Notes: generated by a model from the sequence alone, not told the origin. 64,000 nucleotides of DNA from Octopus sinensis (GCF_006345805.1 NW_021834227.1:1-64000), one strand, 5' to 3'. Shown: positions 27,191 through 40,443, numbered from the stretch's first letter. Numbers and translations: made by a program.

Positions 27191-27796
27191 CGCGTTCTAA
27201 TGAGCGGGAACATGTTAAAAATACATTATATTGACCCTTGCTGATTAGCCCTAGATCCGCCCTTATCTATGACTGGAGGGGTTCTAGTCTTGAACAATCC
27301 ATATAATTTATTACATTACCCTCCAGGCATCATTATCATCATCACGACCATCATCATCATTATGATCATCACCATCGTCATCATCATCATCATCATCGTC
27401 ATTTCTTTTTCTTTTAACTCAGATTTTGCTCTAACTCCTGGAATCTTACATTTTGTTCCGTATTCTACATTTCCCTGTTTTGGTAATGGTTGGTAATTTT
27501 TCTGTTATAGTTCTGTTCTCTATTTTTCATATACCCACATATATCCTATCGCTCAGTTTTTTTGCCCCCTTTCATTTCTCTCCTTATTGATTTCAATGCG
27601 ACTGACACAGCTAGATTAAGTGATCCTGTCAAAAGGTGCCAAAGTTGCACTAATATTTAGTTGGTAGGTGAAGAGAGTTTGGGGTTTCACCAACGTTTGT
27701 TTTGTTCTTTATATATATATATATATATATATCTTTTATATCTATCTATCTATCTATATATATATATATTATATATATATATATATAATATATATA

Positions 27797-27836
<40 letters not shown>

Positions 27837-27860
27837 CTTATATATATATATATATTTCTT

Positions 27861-27951
<91 letters not shown>

Positions 27952-27959
27952 TATATATA

Positions 27960-28560
27960 TCTTTTATTTATTTCAGTCATTCGACTGCGGCCATGCTGGA
28001 GCACTGCCTTAAAAGGTTTTTTTAGTCGAAGAAATCGATCCCAGAACTTATGCTTTGCAAGCCTAGTACTTATCGGCATTTTTGTCGAACCGCTAAGTTG
28101 CAGGGAATAAATTCACCAACATCGCTTATGAAGTGATGGTGGGGGGACAACACAGACACAAAGACATAAGTACGCACACACACAGACACGCGCGCACACA
28201 CACACACAGACACACACACACACATTATTTACATACATACACGACAGGCTTCTTTCAGTTTCCATCTTCCAAATCCACTCACAAGGCTTTGATTGCCCGA
28301 CGCAATAGTAGAAGACACTTGCGCAAGGTGCCACGCAGTGGGACTGAATCCGGAACCATGTGGTTGGGAAGCAAGTTTCTTACCACACAGCCACGCGTGC
28401 GCCTATGTATTCTTTTACTTGCTTCAGTAATTTGACTGTGGCCATGCTGGAGCACCGCCTTTAGTCGAGCAAATCGACCCTAGGACTTATTCTTTGTAAG
28501 CCTAGTACTTATTCTATCGGTTTCTTTTGCCGAACCGCTATGTTACGGGGACGTAAACAT
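27960..28560 (-). mobile_element. SINE A full copy (27960-28410) plus a second partial copy (28415-28560)
   Basis: Match to the family A sequence; the second copy dissolves into (CATA)n/(CA)n/(TA)n. Confidence 0.9.
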
Positions 28561-28602
28561 ATCAGTATACATACATACATACATACATACATACATACAT
28601 AC

Positions 28603-28705
<103 letters not shown>

Positions 28706-28843
28706 TGTACGTTTGCATTTATTAAAGCAAAATATAAATATTCTAAAATCTGTAAACGTATATGATTTAGCTATCCCCTCTCTCTTTCTGTCCTTTCTCT
28801 TTTTCTCTCTCTTCTTTTTATCTTTTCTTCCCTACCCCTTTCT

Positions 28844-28934
<91 letters not shown>

Positions 28935-28991
28935 TCTTTTTGGCGATTTTTTTCCTCTGTCTTCCTTTCTGTGGATTTTTCCTTCTCCTAT

Positions 28992-29026
28992 GTTTCCGAC
29001 GAAGAGCTTCGCTCGAAACGTTAAAC
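28992..29026 (+). ncRNA. Minimal type I hammerhead ribozyme motif (family H element 28935-29115, within (TA)n)
   Basis: GUUU CCGACGA A GAGC uuc GCUC GAAAC GUU AAAC: stem I GUUU/AAAC, stem II GAGC/GCUC, palindromic stem III; only U4C departs from consensus. Confidence 0.65.
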
Positions 29027-29116
29027 CCTCCTTCTTTCCTGAGCGTCCAATAATACTATATTTGTTCCACGTCCTCGCGTTGTTGTGTTTTTTTGTTCTT
29101 TCTTGTTTGGATTAAC

Positions 29117-29180
<64 letters not shown>

Positions 29181-30044
29181 GTACATATGTACATATATGC
29201 GTATACAAATGACCACATATGCATATATAAGTGTGTATATATGTATACACTTATATATATAATATACATACATAGACATACACACATATGCTTATACATT
29301 ATGCCTGCTTATAGTGATAAGTAGACATTAATGTATACTGAAGATTTTCGAAAGAATATGTTTATATATTATGTATATGTTATATAAACATATATGTTTA
29401 AATATGTATATAATTACGTGTCAGATGAAAACTTTTAACTTATAAAAATCAGTCATTTTGACATTTGACTCCTAATACAGAGGTCAATATATAATGTAGG
29501 ACATGAACTGCGGAGCAATTACGGCCATGAAGGGTATGTGTGGTGTGGTTGGGTAGTTATAGAGTACAATTAGCTTACTGGCTTGCCACTGCATTGATTT
29601 TCAGGCGATGTGCTACAATACGTAGCATGAAAAAATTACATTTACTCGTTATTACATTTTAAATCGACGTCATTCACCACCTCCATGCCAACATGAAAAT
29701 ACTCCAAGTGAGATGTGTGTGTCCCTCTGTGTGTGCGTCTGTCTCTCTACAAATGCGTGTACGTGTATAAAGTGATCGCTAGAAGGCATTTGAAGACTAA
29801 GTGGGGCACAAGAAGTTAGACTTTATCTATGATAGACCAGAGTTTTATATAAGGTTGTTTAGCGTGTTACATATAGAGGCAAATTTCCTATCTTTTTACC
29901 TTTGTACTTGTTTTAGTCATTGGACTGCGGCAATGCTGGGATACCGTCTACACTGGAAATCGTGATCATGTTTATTATTATCGTGATTGTTGTTGTCGTT
30001 GTCGTTGGTATTATGGCCAATAAAAGAATTTATTATTATTATTC

Positions 30045-33000
30045 AGTAGTTTTATTTTTATAGCGTGCTTTCATTTCACTACCGAGCGCAGCTCTGTGTG
30101 CCTTGGGTATGTGCTGTGATTTGTTGTGATGCTCTGATGGTTATTGTATGGAAAGGGTTCTGCGTAGGATGTGTGCAGTGCCTAGTAGTGCAATTTTCTG
30201 TATGTTATATGTGTTTGTAAGTCCTGGTGTTTTTGTTATGGATTTGTCTGAATATTTTTTTATCATGCCTAATGCACCTACTATGATAGGAATTGTTTCT
30301 GTTTTCAGATTCCACATTCTAGTTACCTCTATTTCCAGGTCTTTGTATTTTGAGAGTTTCTCCATTTCTTTTAGAGACACATTGTCATCTGCCGGTATTG
30401 ATACATCAATTAGAAAGCATTTTTTTTCTTCATGATCTCTGACAACTATATCTGGTCTGTTGGCCTTAATTTCTCTATCTGTGTGTATCGGCATATCCCA
30501 GAGTATGGTTGCTTTCTCGTTTTCTGTGACCTTTTCTGGTGTGTGCCTATACCATCTTTTTTCTGTTGTTATTCCATAATGTTGGCATAGCTTCCAATGT
30601 ATGTAGGTTCCAACTCTATCATGTCTGTGAATATATTCCTTCTTAGCCAGGACTGGGCAGCTAGAGATAATATGATTTATTGTTTCTTGTCCATCTCCAC
30701 ATATTCTGCAGTTACTTGTAATATTTCTTTTCATTACATGTTTTTGGTAATTTCTGGTGGGGAGGCTTTGGTCTTGTGCTGCAATTAAAAATCCCTCTGT
30801 TTCTGCTTTGAGTCCTGAGCTTCTCAACCATTGCTAGGAATTTTCTTTGTCTATTTCTTTTGCGTTTAGTTTAGTGCAGTATTTACCATGAAGGGGCTTT
30901 TCTTGCCATCGTTTTATCATGGTTCGTTGCTGTTCTATTTTTAGTTTGGATTTCATTTGTTTTATAGCTTTTGTTGTTTCTTCATCATCTTCTTCTTCTT
31001 CTTCGTGTTTATTAGGTGGTATGATTTCTTGTTTGTATTTGTCAGCTTCCTTAAATACTGAGAACAGTTTTTTGTTTTGCTCGTGTTTTGCTGCTATCTG
31101 GATCAGTTTTCCTTCCTTCTGAAGTAGGTATTTTTGCAGTCCTATGGTGGTTATTTTATAGTAGTTTTCCAGCCGTATAAGGCCTCTACCACCTTCTATA
31201 CGTTGTATATATAGTCTTTCTATGTCAGATTTTGGCTGATGCATCCTAGATCCTGTCAGTATTTTTCTTGTTTTCCTATCTATTTTGGACAGTTCATTTC
31301 GTGTCCAGTTAAGGATATTGTAGCTGTAACTTATAACTGGGACAGCTAAAGTGTTGATACCTATTATCTTGTTTTTAGCATTGAGCTCTGTTTTTAGTAT
31401 TGATCTAACTCGTCTATAATATTCTTTTTTTATTTTCTCTTTCATTTGTGTGTGTTGTGTCTTATCTAGTTCATGGATTCCTAAGTATTTGTAAGTTTGG
31501 CTTTGGTCTAATTCTTTTATTTCATTGGTTTTATCTAGTGTGATGTTGTTACTCTTAACTAGTTTTCCTCTTTTCAGGGTTACTTTGGCGCATTTTTCTA
31601 ATCCAAATTTCATATCTATTTCTTTGGTAAATCCATGAACTGTCTTTAATAGTGTTTCCAGCTGTTTGTCATTTGCAGCGTATAGTTTTAGGTCATCCAT
31701 ATATAAAAGGTGGCTGATCGTTTTGCCGTAACATTTATATCCGCATCCAGTTCTATTTAGCATATCAGATAGAGGTGACAGTGCCAAGCAGAAAAGGAGT
31801 GGAGAGAGCGTGTCTCCCTGGAATATTCCTCTTCTAATGGGGATGTCTTTGGTTTTCATGAGTCCCTCTTTTGTTTGGAAGTGTAGGACTGTTTGCCATT
31901 TATTCATAGAGTGCTCTATGAATTTTATGATTGTTGGTGCTACTTTGTTAATGGCTAGTGTTTCGAGGATCCATGTGTGGGGGATGCTATCAAACGCCTT
32001 TTTGTAGTCAATCCAGGCCATACTGAGGCCTTTCTTCTTTCTGTGACTGTCTTCAGTTACGGCTTTATTAATCATTATTTGATCTTTACAGCCATATGAG
32101 CCTTTGCGGCATCCTTTCTGCTCTTCTGGGAACAGTTTGTTTTCGTCCAGGTGCTTGTTCAGCCTTTGCGATATCACTGCAGTAAATGCCTTGAACATAG
32201 TAGGGAGGTAGGTTATTGGTCTGTAGTTTTCTGGTTTTGCTGTTTCATTTGATTTGGGAATTAAGATGGTTTTCCCCTTCGTGAGCCATTCAGGCATTGT
32301 CTCTGGCTCTGCTAGTATGCTGTTAAAGTTTTCAGCCAGCTTTTTGTGCATTCCAGTTAGATATTTCAACCAGAAGTTGGGGATCTTGTCATGCCCAGGT
32401 GCCTTCCAGTTGCTTAGTTTTTGCAGTGCCTGGGTGACCTCTTCAGTTGTTATGGGGGTCCAAAGTTGTTCAGATGCCGAGTTTGTTATTTTGATACTCC
32501 TTTTTTTTGGCTGTTCGTTCGCCGACCATATTTCTCTCCAGAATTCTTCCAATTCTTCTGCCGTTGGTGCTGCAGTGACTTCTATTTTATTTTTGCCCAG
32601 TTCTTGGTAGAACTTTTTGGGGTTGGAGTTGAACTTTTTGTTCTGTTCAAAGAAGCGTTGGCGTTTCTCGTACCGGCGGATCCTTTGAGCTTTGGCAAGG
32701 ATATCTTGCTTCAGCTTTTCTTTTATCTCCGGCAAATCTTTTTCTGTGATGTTATATTTGCGGACCATTTTTGTTCTCTTTTTGTTGCTCAGTAGCGTTG
32801 ATTGTTTGCTGATTTCATTAAGAATCGACAGGTCTTTTCTAATTTTTTTTATTTTGTTTTGGATGTTATTTACCCACAGGGTTTGTTTGGGTGGTGGTAC
32901 TCCTGTTTGGGCGGGTTTGGGTGAGTATCCAGCTTCTTTTGTGGCTGCAGTGGCTGCTGCGTATATCAAGTCATTTAGTTCAGTGATATCACTTTTTTTT
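30045..33000 (-). mobile_element. 5'-truncated R4/Dong-clade non-LTR retrotransposon flanked by (TAA)n
   Basis: RT motifs KAPGHD, YRPIT, WIDYKKAFDSIPH, GIFQGDTLSPLLF, LLYMDDLKLY, YKYLG; CCHC CRICGDGQETINHIISSC; RLE RHD...PDIVV...IDVSIP...KY; TAA repeats at both ends. Confidence 0.97.
30141..33000 (-). pseudogene. RT plus zinc-knuckle plus RLE ORF broken by one in-frame TAG (30834-30836)
   Basis: ORFs 30834-33101 and 30141-30827 are in frame (...EIDKENS*QWLRSSG...); the apparent N-terminus comes from flanking SINE and (AAT)n sequence. Confidence 0.92.
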
Positions 33001-33013
33001 GTTATTATTATTA

Positions 33014-33056
<43 letters not shown>

Positions 33057-33057
<1 letters not shown>

Positions 33058-33780
33058 GAGCTGGCAGAATCTAGCACACCGGGAAAAGTGCTTAACGACA
33101 TTTCATGCGTCTCTACGTTCTGAGTTCAAATGCCATTGGAGTTAACTTTGCCTTTCATCATTTTGGGGTCGATAAAATAAATACCAGTTGAACAGTGGGA
33201 TCGATGTAACCGACTTACTTCCTCCCCTGAAATTGCTGGCCTTATGCCAAAAGTTGAAATTATTATTACTATTATCCTCATGTTTTTTATGCAAGCCCTT
33301 GTGAGCAATAAAAGAATTTATTATTATTATTATTATTATTATATTATTATTTTTGAGAGCTACTTTCTGCGTTCAAATTTCACCGAGGTCGACCTTGCCT
33401 TTCATCCTTTCGGGGTTGATGAATTAAGTACCAGTAAAATACTGGGGTCGATGTAATCGACTTGTCTCCTCCTCCAAAATTTCAGGTTTTGTGCCTTTAG
33501 TAGAAAGGGTTATTATCATTATTGTGAGCTGGCAGAGTCGTTAGCGCGGTGGACAAAATGCTTAGCAACATTTCTTCTGACTTCTAAAGTTCTGAGTTCG
33601 CATGCAGCTGAAGTCGACTTTGCCTTTCATCTTTTTTTAGGGTCAATTAAATAAAGTACCAATCAACAAGTACAGAAGTCGTTGTAATTAAGTACCAGGA
33701 AAACACTGAAGTCGACGTAATCGATTAATTTTTTCCCAAATTTCACGCTTTGTGCCTATAGTAGAAAGGGTTATATTATC
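33057..33780 (+). mobile_element. Three tandem SINE B copies separated by (ATT)n, with a Tx1-type tail at 33290-33350
   Basis: Repeated GAGTTC...GTCGACTTTGCCTTTCATC...GTGCCT..AGTAGAAAGG; GCCCTTGTGAGCAATAAAAGAATTTATT. Confidence 0.88.
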
Positions 33781-33853
33781 ATCATCATCATTATTATTAT
33801 ATTATTATTATTATTATTATCATTACTACTACTATTATTATTATTATCATTAC

Positions 33854-33886
<33 letters not shown>

Positions 33887-34111
33887 CATTACTACTACTA
33901 TTATTATTATTACTATCATTATTATTATTATTATTACTATTATTATTATTATTACTATTATTATTATTATTATTATAATTACTATTATTGTTATTACTAT
34001 TATTATTATTACTATTATTATTATTATCATTATTACTATTATTATTATTATTATTATTACAATTATTATTATTATTACTATTATATTTATTATTACTATT
34101 ATTATTATTAT

Positions 34112-34583
34112 TGAGTGAGAGAGCAGTGCATGCCATCAAAGTGACACTGGGGTAAAATATACGAAGCCCAATATACCCATCATGACTACCCGTCTGATAA
34201 GGGTACACCAGGCACATGCATCACAACCATATGTGCGCGACATGGTGATCTCATATCAAGATAAACAACACATGACCTTGCAGGTGGGGCCCAGTTAGAA
34301 TTTTCTTCAGGTTGAGTAGCCCATCCCGCTCAAAAGGTCCCTGAATAAAGGTTGTTTAAGGATGTTGAAAGAACCACCCATGTTTCCAGAGGTGAAATAT
34401 TCAAACGCCAAAGAATCCCTCTCAACACATGGCTATGATGCTCCCCCACTACTTCTGCTCGTGATCAGAGATGCACATATTGTCAGCCACTAAGGGACAT
34501 GCTCAACTGGTTAAGGTCAAACAACTGACAAGCAAATCTGTGGTATTGAGCAGAATATTTGCTGTAGCCCATCTTTTATACCA

Positions 34584-34585
<2 letters not shown>
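34112..34585 (-). mobile_element. Family C non-coding retroposon (~470 bp) flanked on both sides by (TAA)n
   Basis: (ATT)n at 33780-34111 and 34586-34690; partial second copy at 26961; no ORF and no clear pol III boxes seen. Confidence 0.75.
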
Positions 34586-34618
<33 letters not shown>

Positions 34619-34689
34619 CATTATTATTATTATTATTATCATTATTATTATTATTACTATTATATTTATTATTATTATTATAATTATTA

Positions 34690-35840
34690 ACTTGGCTTTT
34701 GCTTTGTATTTGTACAAGTTGACTCCCAGTCTCACCCAGAGACCGTAAGAGACAACAAGTTAGAAGTTCAAGTTGGTATTATGACGTGGGTGTCATGTTT
34801 TTGGTTTTGCACTGAGTATTGTTCTGGAGAAAGTCTGTCAAAACATAAGAAACTTATAAGTTTGTTTTAGAAGTAATTTGATGACAGTGCGATCTTAAGA
34901 TGACAGTAAAAGGTACGTGCTATTATGTACATTTAGAAGTACTTTTGATGATGTTTACAAATGAAAATTTTGGGGGAATTACATAGATAATATTTTTCGT
35001 AAGATATGAGCAGTTCCCATGGGCGCTATTTTTGGAATTTCTTCCATTTTGGGATTTCCTGGTATCCGAGATAGGTAACAAGCAGCCCCTTTTGCTATCA
35101 TTCTTATGGCACCTATAACAACAGGCATTGTTTTAGTCTTGAGGTTCCACGCTTTACCAATTTCTAATTCATGATTCTTTATATTTGCTCAGTTTTTGAT
35201 AGGTCTTGACAGGCACATTTATGTCGATTGGGACAGTCATATCGATGCGGAGGTTTGATTTTTTAATAATGTCTGACCTATTTGCATCTATCTTTCTGTC
35301 AGTTTGATCAGTGAAGTTCCAAAGGAGTGAGATGTAATCATTTTCAAGTACTGGAAGTTGTTTGTGTTCCCACCAATTTTTATCTGAAAATTACCCAGTG
35401 AATATATTGTGCCGCTCTATCATACCTGTTGAGATACTCTGTAGGCGCAAGTAGGTTGCATGTGGAGACAATATGATCGATGGTTTCAGCCTATCGTTCA
35501 CATACACAACATGTTGGGCTATAAGTTGCTCTTTAAGATGTTGGCCTGGAAACTTCTTGTAAGTAGGCATTGATCCTGGGCTGCTGTGATAAACCCCTCT
35601 GTCTCTGATTTTAAGCCAGAAGACGCTATCAATTAATATGTAAGGGCTTTGTCAAAATCAGTATTATTATCTCTTTTGGGGTTTTTGGCATTGAGAGGTT
35701 TTTATTGCCATTTATCAGTAAGAATATCTAAGGCAGCAGTTTTAGAAAGGGTTTTCATGCGCTTAGCTTTTTCTGTGCTTGCGTCCAGTACGTCTAATTC
35801 TGGGACTTGCTGTATTTGGAATTCACTTAGATTCGAGCTT
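34690..35840 (-). mobile_element. Second, decayed R4/Dong-like 3' fragment with (TAA)n tail
   Basis: Minus: SSGLKSETEGFITAAQDQCLLTR...TIDHIVSTC...ANRSDII...IDMTVP...KLSKYK...VVIGA, with stops and frameshifts. Confidence 0.88.
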
Positions 35841-35844
35841 TTCA

Positions 35845-38110
35845 CTTCAATGCCAGACTTCTTTGCGGGCCTCTTAGCAAACGTCTACTGCAACTGGCAA
35901 CAAAACGGGAGAATTCCTGCTTTTGTTTGTCGAGGAGTGGTGGCTTTGCTGAGAAAGGACTCAAACAAGGGGGACGTTATAGGGAACTTTAGGCCTATCA
36001 CTATGCTCAATGCAGAGTTGAAGATTTTGGCCAAGGTGCTAGCCAAGAGATTGGCGCTTGTCGTGGACAAGCTGATTGACAAGGCGCAGACATGCGCCGT
36101 GCCGACTGGGTCGATACAGGATAATCTCCATCTCATGCGCTACATCATAGAGAGGGTGGGTAACAATACTGGCGCGGGTGGGGCTTTGATCAATTTAGAT
36201 CAGAGTAAAGCCTTCGATAGGGTCGACCGCCGATACCTGGCAGCTGTTCTCAAGGCAGCCGGTTTCGGTCCAGTCTTCCGCGGGTGGATTGCTGCTTTGT
36301 ACAGCAACATCTGCTCTGTGATACGGGTGAACGGTTACCTTTCGGAGCTGTTTGACATCTCGCGTTCGGTTCGCCAAGGATGCCCTCTCTCCTCCCTCTT
36401 GTATGTATTGACTCTCGAGCCATTACTGCGCAAGTTGGAGGCTTTGAGGGGTATCCCGCGCGATCTAGGAGGTGGAAACAGCGTGTCTGCCTATACTGAC
36501 GACGTCACCATGATGGTGTCGAGTCACAGGCACATTGACCTGATTGGCGAGACACTAAACGAGTACGACGCGGTGACAGGTGCAAAGATTAACGCGGAAA
36601 AGTCCGTGGGCTTGCAACTGGGCACCTGGAGAGGCAAGTCCATGCCGTCCAACAGTGTCGTAGGGTGCTGGACAGACGGACCCGTTAAACTGCTCGGGGT
36701 CTGGTTCGGTCCAGACCTCCAGGTGGATAAAAACTGGGAAGAGGTGACGAACAGGGTGGCCAATCTCACCCAGAAATGGGCCGAGAGGACGCTGTCCCTG
36801 AAAGGTCGAGCGGAGGTGGCGAATGCGTACATCGCATCCGTCATCTATTACCGATTGACCGTCGTCCCTTGTCCCGACCGCTGGTTGGCCAAGCTGGTGC
36901 GCTTGCTCTTCAACTCCTTGTGGAAGGGTCAGGTACCACTGGTCAGGCGATCCATCTGCTGTCAACAGCCGCTGAACGGAGGCCTTGGCATGCCGTGGTT
37001 ACTGATGCGCAGACATGCGCTCAGGCTACAGCATCTCAAGTGTTTCCTAAACGGTGAACAGGTGTGGTCATCTTTTGTCAGATGCGACTTTCCGCGGTCT
37101 TGGATGAAACGCAGACCGAGAAAGGTCGCTTGGCACCTCGAGTGCCGTCAAGCTCTCTCCACCCTCCACCAGGCGGGCAATGCGATCGGTAGTGGTTCCA
37201 CTCTAGCGTTCTATAGAAGGTTAGTGGAAGAAAAGTGCGACGACGTTCTCGGGGAAACTCTAGGCGTTGACGATAACGAGCTAAACAGTCTGTTCGGGAG
37301 AACTTTCGGTCCGGGGCTAATGGATAATTTCCAAAGGTCCCTCGCCTAGCAGTGCTACCAAGGGGCTCTGCCAGTTCTGGATAAACTCTACCGGCACGGA
37401 AGTACCGTCAGACGGGCCTGCCCGAGGTGCGCCCAGGACGACGAAACCGTTCTGCACGCACTCGTCCAGTGCCAGAGTATTGCTGAGCTATGGGTTTATG
37501 TCGAACAGCTACTGTCACGTATAGGACGGATCCGGCTATCAGCTGAATCCATAGTGAGGATTGCTCCACCGACCTCCTTTAACCGTGAGGGCAAGGCAGT
37601 TTTCCTTTGCCTAGTGGCTGTAGCGAAAGAGGTGATATGGTGGACCCGTTTGAAGGGGCTAAGGTCAGACACTTTCCTCTTTGGCCAAGGCCTCATCAAC
37701 TTTTTCAAGTTTCACTTGAAAAGGAAGATGAGAGTAGAGAGGGAAGTGATGTCTGGTAGCAAGTTTATTGAAAGGTGGGTGAATGTCGCAAGAATGGCCA
37801 ATATGAACGGACCAATTCTGAGGATACACCTGTGAAAATTAAAAGGAAATATAAAAGAAGAAAGGGGCTCTCTACCCCACTTTTGACCAGGCTCCCGTGG
37901 CTTTTATGGGTTTTTCCACGAGAAACCTTTTGAAGCGCCTCCCCCTATTAGGAGTTTTAATTGTTACTTACATTTCGTTGTTATCCTGCTTTTGTACACG
38001 GACTTTTTTGAAACGGACAAAACCCTTTGTAACTTTCGTCCTGTGTTTTGTCCCTTTATGTTTTAACTGATTTTTGTTAGCCCTTGTGGCCAATAAACGA
38101 ACGAATTATT
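35845..38110 (+). mobile_element. 5'-truncated Tx1/L1-clade LINE (RT plus C-terminal CCHC), one in-frame TAG at 37347-37349
   Basis: FRPITMLN, DQSKAFDRVD, VRQGCPLS, YTDD; read-through SLA*QCYQGALPV...CPRCAQDDETVLHALVQC to 37835; AATAAA then (ATT)n tail. Confidence 0.95.
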
Positions 38111-39129
38111 ATTATTATTTTTATTATTATGCCATAACTAAAATGGAAATAATATAAATGGATCTTCGCCTGTGTCGAAGTTGAGGATTCAATTATTCGA
38201 CCAACTGAATTAGCCATCCATTGAATTAACGTTTAAGTGGCAGAGTATTTCACAGATACATGGACAATTAATGTAATTCTCAGGTAGGATCACCGTGACG
38301 TAATGTATGAGAAAGCTAAACCGTTTTGACTTACAAGTACAAACCACCTGATGGCTTCGTCTGTCCATGTTCCCTTACAAGACTTGAGATGACCCAGGAA
38401 AATGATGAAAGGTTAATGCCGAGGTATCTATTCCGTCTCAATCACAGATTTTTTAAATTAATTATTTTTTAACTAAACAGTTTGAAACTTCGAATACTGG
38501 TAGAATTTCTCACGTAGAACACTGTTTACTCTGAACGGGATCGAACTCCTGGTCAACGGTTTGCGAAGTGAACTTCTTAACTATTTTTGACCAAGCTGCA
38601 TCCATAACTACTACTACATCTTTTTTCACTTGAAATATCTCTTCCATACTCTGTCACAATCCACCTCTCTTTTCTTTCTTTCTCCTTTCTATACTCTTTC
38701 TCTTTTGCTCAAGCTTAAAACTTCAGTGTTTCCTTATCTATCAGTACACACACACACACACACACATGCATACACACACAAGCAAACATGCACATGTATT
38801 CATAAACATGCATGTACACTCACATACACATACGCACGCACACACATTTTCACACAACACATGCACACACTAATATATATGTATATATATATACACACAC
38901 GTACTTACATTCACACACGTACTTACATTCACACACACACACACAATCACACATGCATACACATACACAAGCAAACACGTACATGCACTCATAAACACGC
39001 CATGTACACTCACATACACATACGCACGCACACACACACATTTACACAACACACATATACACTCACACACATACACACGCACACACACATTCACACACTA
39101 ATATATATATATACACACACATGTACTTA

Positions 39130-39175
<46 letters not shown>

Positions 39176-39494
39176 GAGAGAGAGAAGCATATACATACAT
39201 ATATACATACACATTCATATATGTGTTTTATTATCTTCTCCACTTGACCTAAATCGATTCGTACATCCCTACTCCTGTACGATCACCACCAACACCACCG
39301 CCGCAACCGACATTACTGCTGTTACCACCGCCACTACCGTTGGCCTTGAAAGAAGAAAAACATAGTCGAGTCGACTCTTTATCAAATCTAGGGATCACTT
39401 TACTAGTTCATGATAGGGACAGCTATTACATACACCTTGACACGAACAAAACTTCTGTGTGTAAAATGAACTTGATACTACTGTACATATATTT

Positions 39495-39880
39495 ATATTC
39501 TTTTATTTCAGTTATTTGACTGCGGCCATGCTAGAGCACCGCCTTTAGGCGAACAAATTGACCCCAAGACTTACTTTTTGATAGCCTAGTGCTAATTCTG
39601 TCGATTTCTTTTGCCGAAGCGCCAAAGGTACGGAGACGTAAACACACTAACATCGGTTGTCAAGCAATGGAGGGGGGACAAACAGACAAAAACACACAGA
39701 TATATACATACATATTTATACGACGGGCTTCTTTCCGTTTCCGTCTACCAAATGCACTCGCAAGGCTTTGGTCGGCCCGAGGCTACAGAAGACACTTGCC
39801 GAAGGTGCCACGCAGTTGGACTGAACCCGAAACCATGTGGTTGGGAAGCAAGCTTCTTATCGCACAGCCGCTCCTGCGCT
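39495..39880 (-). mobile_element. SINE family A
   Basis: Match to the family A head, centre and tail. Confidence 0.9.
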
Positions 39881-39882
39881 TA

Positions 39883-39917
<35 letters not shown>

Positions 39918-39921
39918 ATAT

Positions 39922-40039
<118 letters not shown>

Positions 40040-40040
40040 T

Positions 40041-40117
<77 letters not shown>

Positions 40118-40126
40118 TATATATAT

Positions 40127-40443
40127 GAGGGCGCGTGGCTTAGTGGTTGGGCATTCGGCTCATGATCGTAAGGTTGTGAGTTCGATTCCGGCGACGCGTT
40201 GTGTCCTGAGCAAGACACTTTATTTCACGTTGCTCCAGTCCACTCAGCTGGCAAAAATGAGTTGTACTTGTACTTCAAAGGGTCAGCCTTGTCACTCTCT
40301 GTGTCACGCTGATTATACCCGAGAACTACGTTAAGGGTACACGTGTCTGTGGAATGCTCAGCCATTTGCACGTTAATTTCACGAGCAAGCTGTTCCGTTG
40401 ATCGTATCAGCTGGGACCCTCGTCGTCGTAATCGGCGGAGTCT
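40127..40443 (+). mobile_element. tRNA-derived SINE family D inside (TA)n
   Basis: A box TGGCTTAGTGG, B box GAGTTCGATTCC, then TTGTGTCCTGAGCAAGACACTT. Confidence 0.85.

Noticed and set aside
33001-33101. N-terminal MSLSTFPG...poly-Asn of the 755-aa ORF
   Set aside because: It derives from an antisense SINE B head and the flanking (AAT)n, not from the LINE.
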